Positions 59,360 to 64,000 of a stretch of 64,000 nt of DNA are shown here, piece by piece. The notes beneath the pieces were generated by a model. It did not search any database and was not told the origin of the DNA. It saw only the letters and a list, made by a program, of their open reading frames with translations. Within the stretch, counting starts at the first letter, position 1. Each line of letters opens with the position of its first letter. The stretch lies in assembly GCF_009914755.1 (NCBI RefSeq), contig NC_060927.1. One strand, 5' to 3'. Source of the stretch: the human T2T-CHM13v2.0 reference genome, Homo sapiens. Position numbers and translations under genes: made by a program.

Positions 59360-59399
59360 CGGATGAAGATGGCCGTCGCCCGAGCTTTCTCTTGTCCAT
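59360..59399 (-). CDS. SENP7: SENP7 coding exon 1 (ATG at 59399; MDKRKLGRRPSSS + 1 nt)
   Basis: Reverse complement reads ATGGACAAGAGAAAGCTCGGGCGACGGCCATCTTCATCCG|GTGAG. Matches the recalled SENP7 N-terminus, has a canonical donor and lies in a CpG island. Confidence 0.95.
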
Positions 59400-59481
59400 C
59401 TTCTCCCGCTGCTGAAATTTCAGTTGCAGGCGCTGTCACCTCAGGACCCCTCCGGCTTGGAGAGGGAGGGGGAGGGGAAAG

Positions 59482-59510
59482 AAAAAAAAAAAAAAAAAAA
59501 AAAAAAAAAA
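59482..59510 (+). repeat. A29 mononucleotide tract in the SENP7 core promoter/5' leader
   Basis: 29 consecutive A, not attached to an Alu or L1. Confidence 0.95.
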
Positions 59511-60684
59511 GCCAGCAAAGTGCGAAGCGCGCTTGCGCAAGAGCCGTCGCCTGCCCTTCGACCGGAAATCAGCCGCCCCTCCCACCTTCGACCGGAAATC
59601 ACTTCCTGGGACTTTTCACTGTGGGCTGCCTCTTCCAGCGTTTTTTTGGTGGCGTTTATTTCATGATCTGAGCCCCTCTGGGGAGGTGAACCACCTGGGT
59701 GCTCGATTTTAGCTTTGTTGACTTTGAAGATTAGATTGACAAAAATTAAAAGGGAAAAACAGGAACTCCTCCGGTTCACTGGATCTCGCGAGGTGGCCAA
59801 ACAACTATGAAAACAAAACGTTAGCGTTTGCAGTATTACATCCCTCACAGCCTCTCTTACATATTTGCCCCCAACGCCTTTCCTCGAACTCAGAAACCAA
59901 AAGATTTTAAGATGGCAAAATCACCTAATAATAGCCTAGCTATTAGTTTAGCATTTGCTGTGGAAATATGTCAGCAGACGAGGAAAAATGTCTTAGGATT
60001 CCTTTTTAAAATTCGAACTTGTGATTTTTAAAGTTCCTTAAAAGAAAAGCTAGAACTTAATTTTTCAATAACTGAAATGCTGATATGACAGAAAGTGGGT
60101 GGCTATAAACTTGGAATTTGTTCAATTAACATTTACCACGATACTTAAGGGACTAACCCAGTCCTCAATGAACTCAAGGTCTGGTACTATTAGCCTGATT
60201 ATCCCTAATGGTGCATATCTGAATAATTTTTAAATGCACGTGTAAGCTTTCATGACGATTTAATCACAAGTTTAACAAAATTCAGCACAGTGCTCTAAGC
60301 AGGGAAAATGTTTCTGGCATGTTCAAAGCCCGAAGGGACTCTGGAAGTAGGGTTTGATTCCCAAGCTGGCCCCTTTATACCCCTAACGCCTATCCCTCCA
60401 ACCCCCATCTCCCATCCTAACGGAGTCAATAAAGGGATCGGCCCAACTCGTCCACTAGAGCAGTCCCCTTCATCGTGAGTTAAGCCTTCTTAATTATAAT
60501 GTGGTCAGTCCCCAGGTAGAGGTAAGGCCCCAGGTGTTGTGGGGTGTTGGGCCTGGGGAAGTGTTCTACGTGGCAGGAATGACTGCAAAGCAGAAATACT
60601 TTAAGTCTTGCTGGGATTGAAGTTTACTGTAAGGATTTCGTTTTATTTGGTTAATTTCTGTTTAACAAAAACATTGCTTTCTGA

Positions 60685-61016
<332 letters not shown>

Positions 61017-61067
61017 CAAATTAACTTTTTTAACTAAAGAACTTAACTGATTCTAAAGTCAAGCTGG

Positions 61068-61620
61068 GCCGGACACAGTGGCTCGCGTCTGTAATCCCAG
61101 CACTTTGGGAGGCCGAGGCAGAATAGATTGAGCCAAGACATTCCAGACCATCCTGGGCAACAAAGCAAGACCCCCCTCTCCACAAAAATATACAGGCCAG
61201 ATGCTATGACTCACCCTTGAGCCCAGGAGTTTGATACCAGCCTGGGCAATGTAGTGAGACCTCCTCTCTACAAAGAAAATTAAAAACTAGCCACACGTGG
61301 TGGCGCATGCCTGTAGTCCCAGGTACTCAAGAGGCTAAGGCAGGAAGATCACTTAAGCCCATGGAGTTAAAAGTTGCAGTGAGCCTTGATCAGGCCACTG
61401 CATTCCAGCCTGGGCGACAGAGCCAGACTGTCTCGGAAAAAAAAAAAAAAAATGACCCGGGCACGGTGGAGCACACCTATAGTCCCCGGCTACTGGGGAA
61501 GATGAGATTTAAGGATTACTTGAGTCCAGGACTTTGAGGCTGCAGTGAGCTATGATCGCTACACGGTACTGCGGCCTGGGCGACACACAGATACCCTGTC
61601 TCCAAAAAACATAAAAAATA
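61068..61620 (+). mobile_element. Alu cluster (left arm, inserted partial AluJ, right arm)
   Basis: Consecutive Alu arms separated by A-rich linkers. Confidence 0.78.
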
Positions 61621-62419
61621 AACTTCCCAGACGATTCTGTTGCATACTCCAATTTGGTAAAACCAACACTTAGTGACATCTGCTTTTTTCTTTTTCCTAT
61701 CTCTAATATTCTTTTTTCTATGTGTCCTTGCCTCTGGTGGATTAAATACAACTTTTTTGTTCCCTAGGGAGAGGTGAACAGTGGGGAGGGACATTATGTA
61801 CTTTCATCTTATTTTGAAATTTCTACAGATATAATTTCACAACCACTATTATTTTCTACAATTTACTAAATGGAATTGTAATACAGGCATTATTATTTTT
61901 CTAAAAAACTGCATAATTGCTTTCTGTGTTGGGAAAAGAAAAATAGTGCTGCTTTTGTACCAAAACAGTATTCTTTCTTTCAAACATATTTTCTAGAGGT
62001 TTTTTGTTTTGTTTTGCTTTCCTAAATATGAAAATAAATGAAAACTTACTCGTTGTAAAAAAAAAAGTATCATTAGATATTTTTAAATATTCTGAGTAAA
62101 AGTATTCTCCATTCTGTGCTTCTTAATGGCATGGTATATACAAAAGGACCTTGTTCCTAAATATAAAAAAGGATTATAATTACTGTATTAGATTATTACT
62201 CTGTAACCAGGGGATTTCCTAACTTCTCAGATTATAAAATTACTTCTTATAAAAGCTTACTAATCACCTGTGAAAAATGTAAATATTGTTAAATGTAACC
62301 ACTTTTGATCCTAGAAAGGAAAGGGGTTCCTTAAAAATCCAAATACGCTAATTAAAGTTATTTGCATCTATGATTCTGGTGTCCCACCCACCCTCTTCTT
62401 TAAAGATAATCACACCTAA

Positions 62420-62665
62420 CCTAGAGAAGTCAAATTCAGAGAGATCGAAAGTAGAATGGTGGTTGCTAGTGCCTAGGATGAGGAGAATGGGGAGTTATTG
62501 TTTAATGGGTATAGAGTTACAGTTTTGTAAGATGAAAAGCATTCTGTGGATGGATGTCAGTAATGGTTACACAACAATATGAATGTACGTAATGCCTCTG
62601 AACTGCACACTTAAAAATGGTTAGAATGGTAAATTTTGTTATGTATATTTTCACAATTGTTTTTT
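62420..62665 (+). mobile_element. L1MB-type 3' end fragment
   Basis: gaaagtagaatggtggttgc...ttgtttaatgggtatagagtt...cacttaaaaatggtta. Confidence 0.78.
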
Positions 62666-62924
62666 AAGAAATAACCACACCTAGAACAAGTCATTACAGC
62701 TGTGTCACCACCTAATCCAGGATACTGGAAAAGCCTAATTTCAAATTTTCTTTAATGCGTATATGCTGTTCTCCTTTTTTAAAATTTTATTCTGCGTAAA
62801 ACGACTGGAGTACTTGACATAGGAAACAAAGTGCCTACCAAATGGCCTCACTAAATTTTTGGTAAATGAATGAAATAAAAAGTCAAATACTATGCATTTT
62901 TAAATCTTTGGTAAAAACTAATCT

Positions 62925-63095
62925 TGGAGTGGGAGGAGGGTGAGCGTTGTAAAACTACCTATCAGATACTATGCTCGCTACCTGGGTAATGAAATCATTT
63001 GTATACCAAACCCCAGTGACACAAAATTTACCCTTGTAACACATTTGCACATTCCCCCGACCCTAAAATAAAAGTCAAAAAAGGGGAAAAAAAAT
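62925..63095 (+). mobile_element. Short L1PA/PB 3' end
   Basis: aaactacctatcagatactatgct...aaaataaaag with A tail. Confidence 0.75.
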
Positions 63096-63245
63096 CTTCT
63101 CTCAGGCTCCTGGGCTGCCTCAGTTACTTTGGGCATGCCACTTTACCTTTGAAAGCCTCAACTTCTCCATTTATAAAATAAACATGTTAGCTAAGAATAT
63201 CAATAAGGTCCCTTCTAGCTCTAACAATCTTATTCTTGAAGGTAA

Positions 63246-64000
<755 letters not shown>

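Larger units (their letters stand above)
58820..59800 (-). promoter_or_regulatory. SENP7: CpG island / SENP7 promoter and first exon region
   Basis: High GC and CpG density against AT-rich flanks. GC box near 59196, CCGGAA ETS cores at 59562 and 59592, TTGCGCAA at 59533, TCTCGCGAG at 59784; contains the ATG exon. Confidence 0.88.

Noticed and set aside
58914-59848. Several 100-175-aa ORFs on both strands
   Set aside because: Expected stop-codon scarcity in a GC-rich island; low-complexity peptides (poly-K/F from the A tract) with no recognisable homology.

Overview
Human/primate genomic DNA. The window holds the 5' part of SENP7 (SUMO-specific protease 7) on the minus strand: a CpG-island promoter (~58.8-59.8 kb) and coding exons 1-4 (59360-59399, 47340-47389, 40143-40238, 5667-5764). 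These splice GT-AG and in frame to [94 protein letters not shown](R). Most of the rest is transposon-derived: a nested L1 pile-up filling the 34-kb intron 3, more than 35 Alu/FLAM copies, MER1A/B, MLT1 and MER34-type LTRs, and MIR/L2 relics. There are three cellular-RNA retrocopies: BTF3 (ORF intact), Y3 RNA and U13 snoRNA. There are no prokaryotic systems. The most interesting, unproven observations are two phase-compatible splice routes. (i) SENP7 exon 4 into the co-oriented BTF3 retrocopy via a TAG|G-ATG acceptor, using the retrocopy's own AATAAA. (ii) The antisense ORF0 of a near full-length L1PA into SENP7 exon 4. Repeat subfamily labels and most repeat boundaries are approximate and come from recalled consensus sequences, not from running RepeatMasker.
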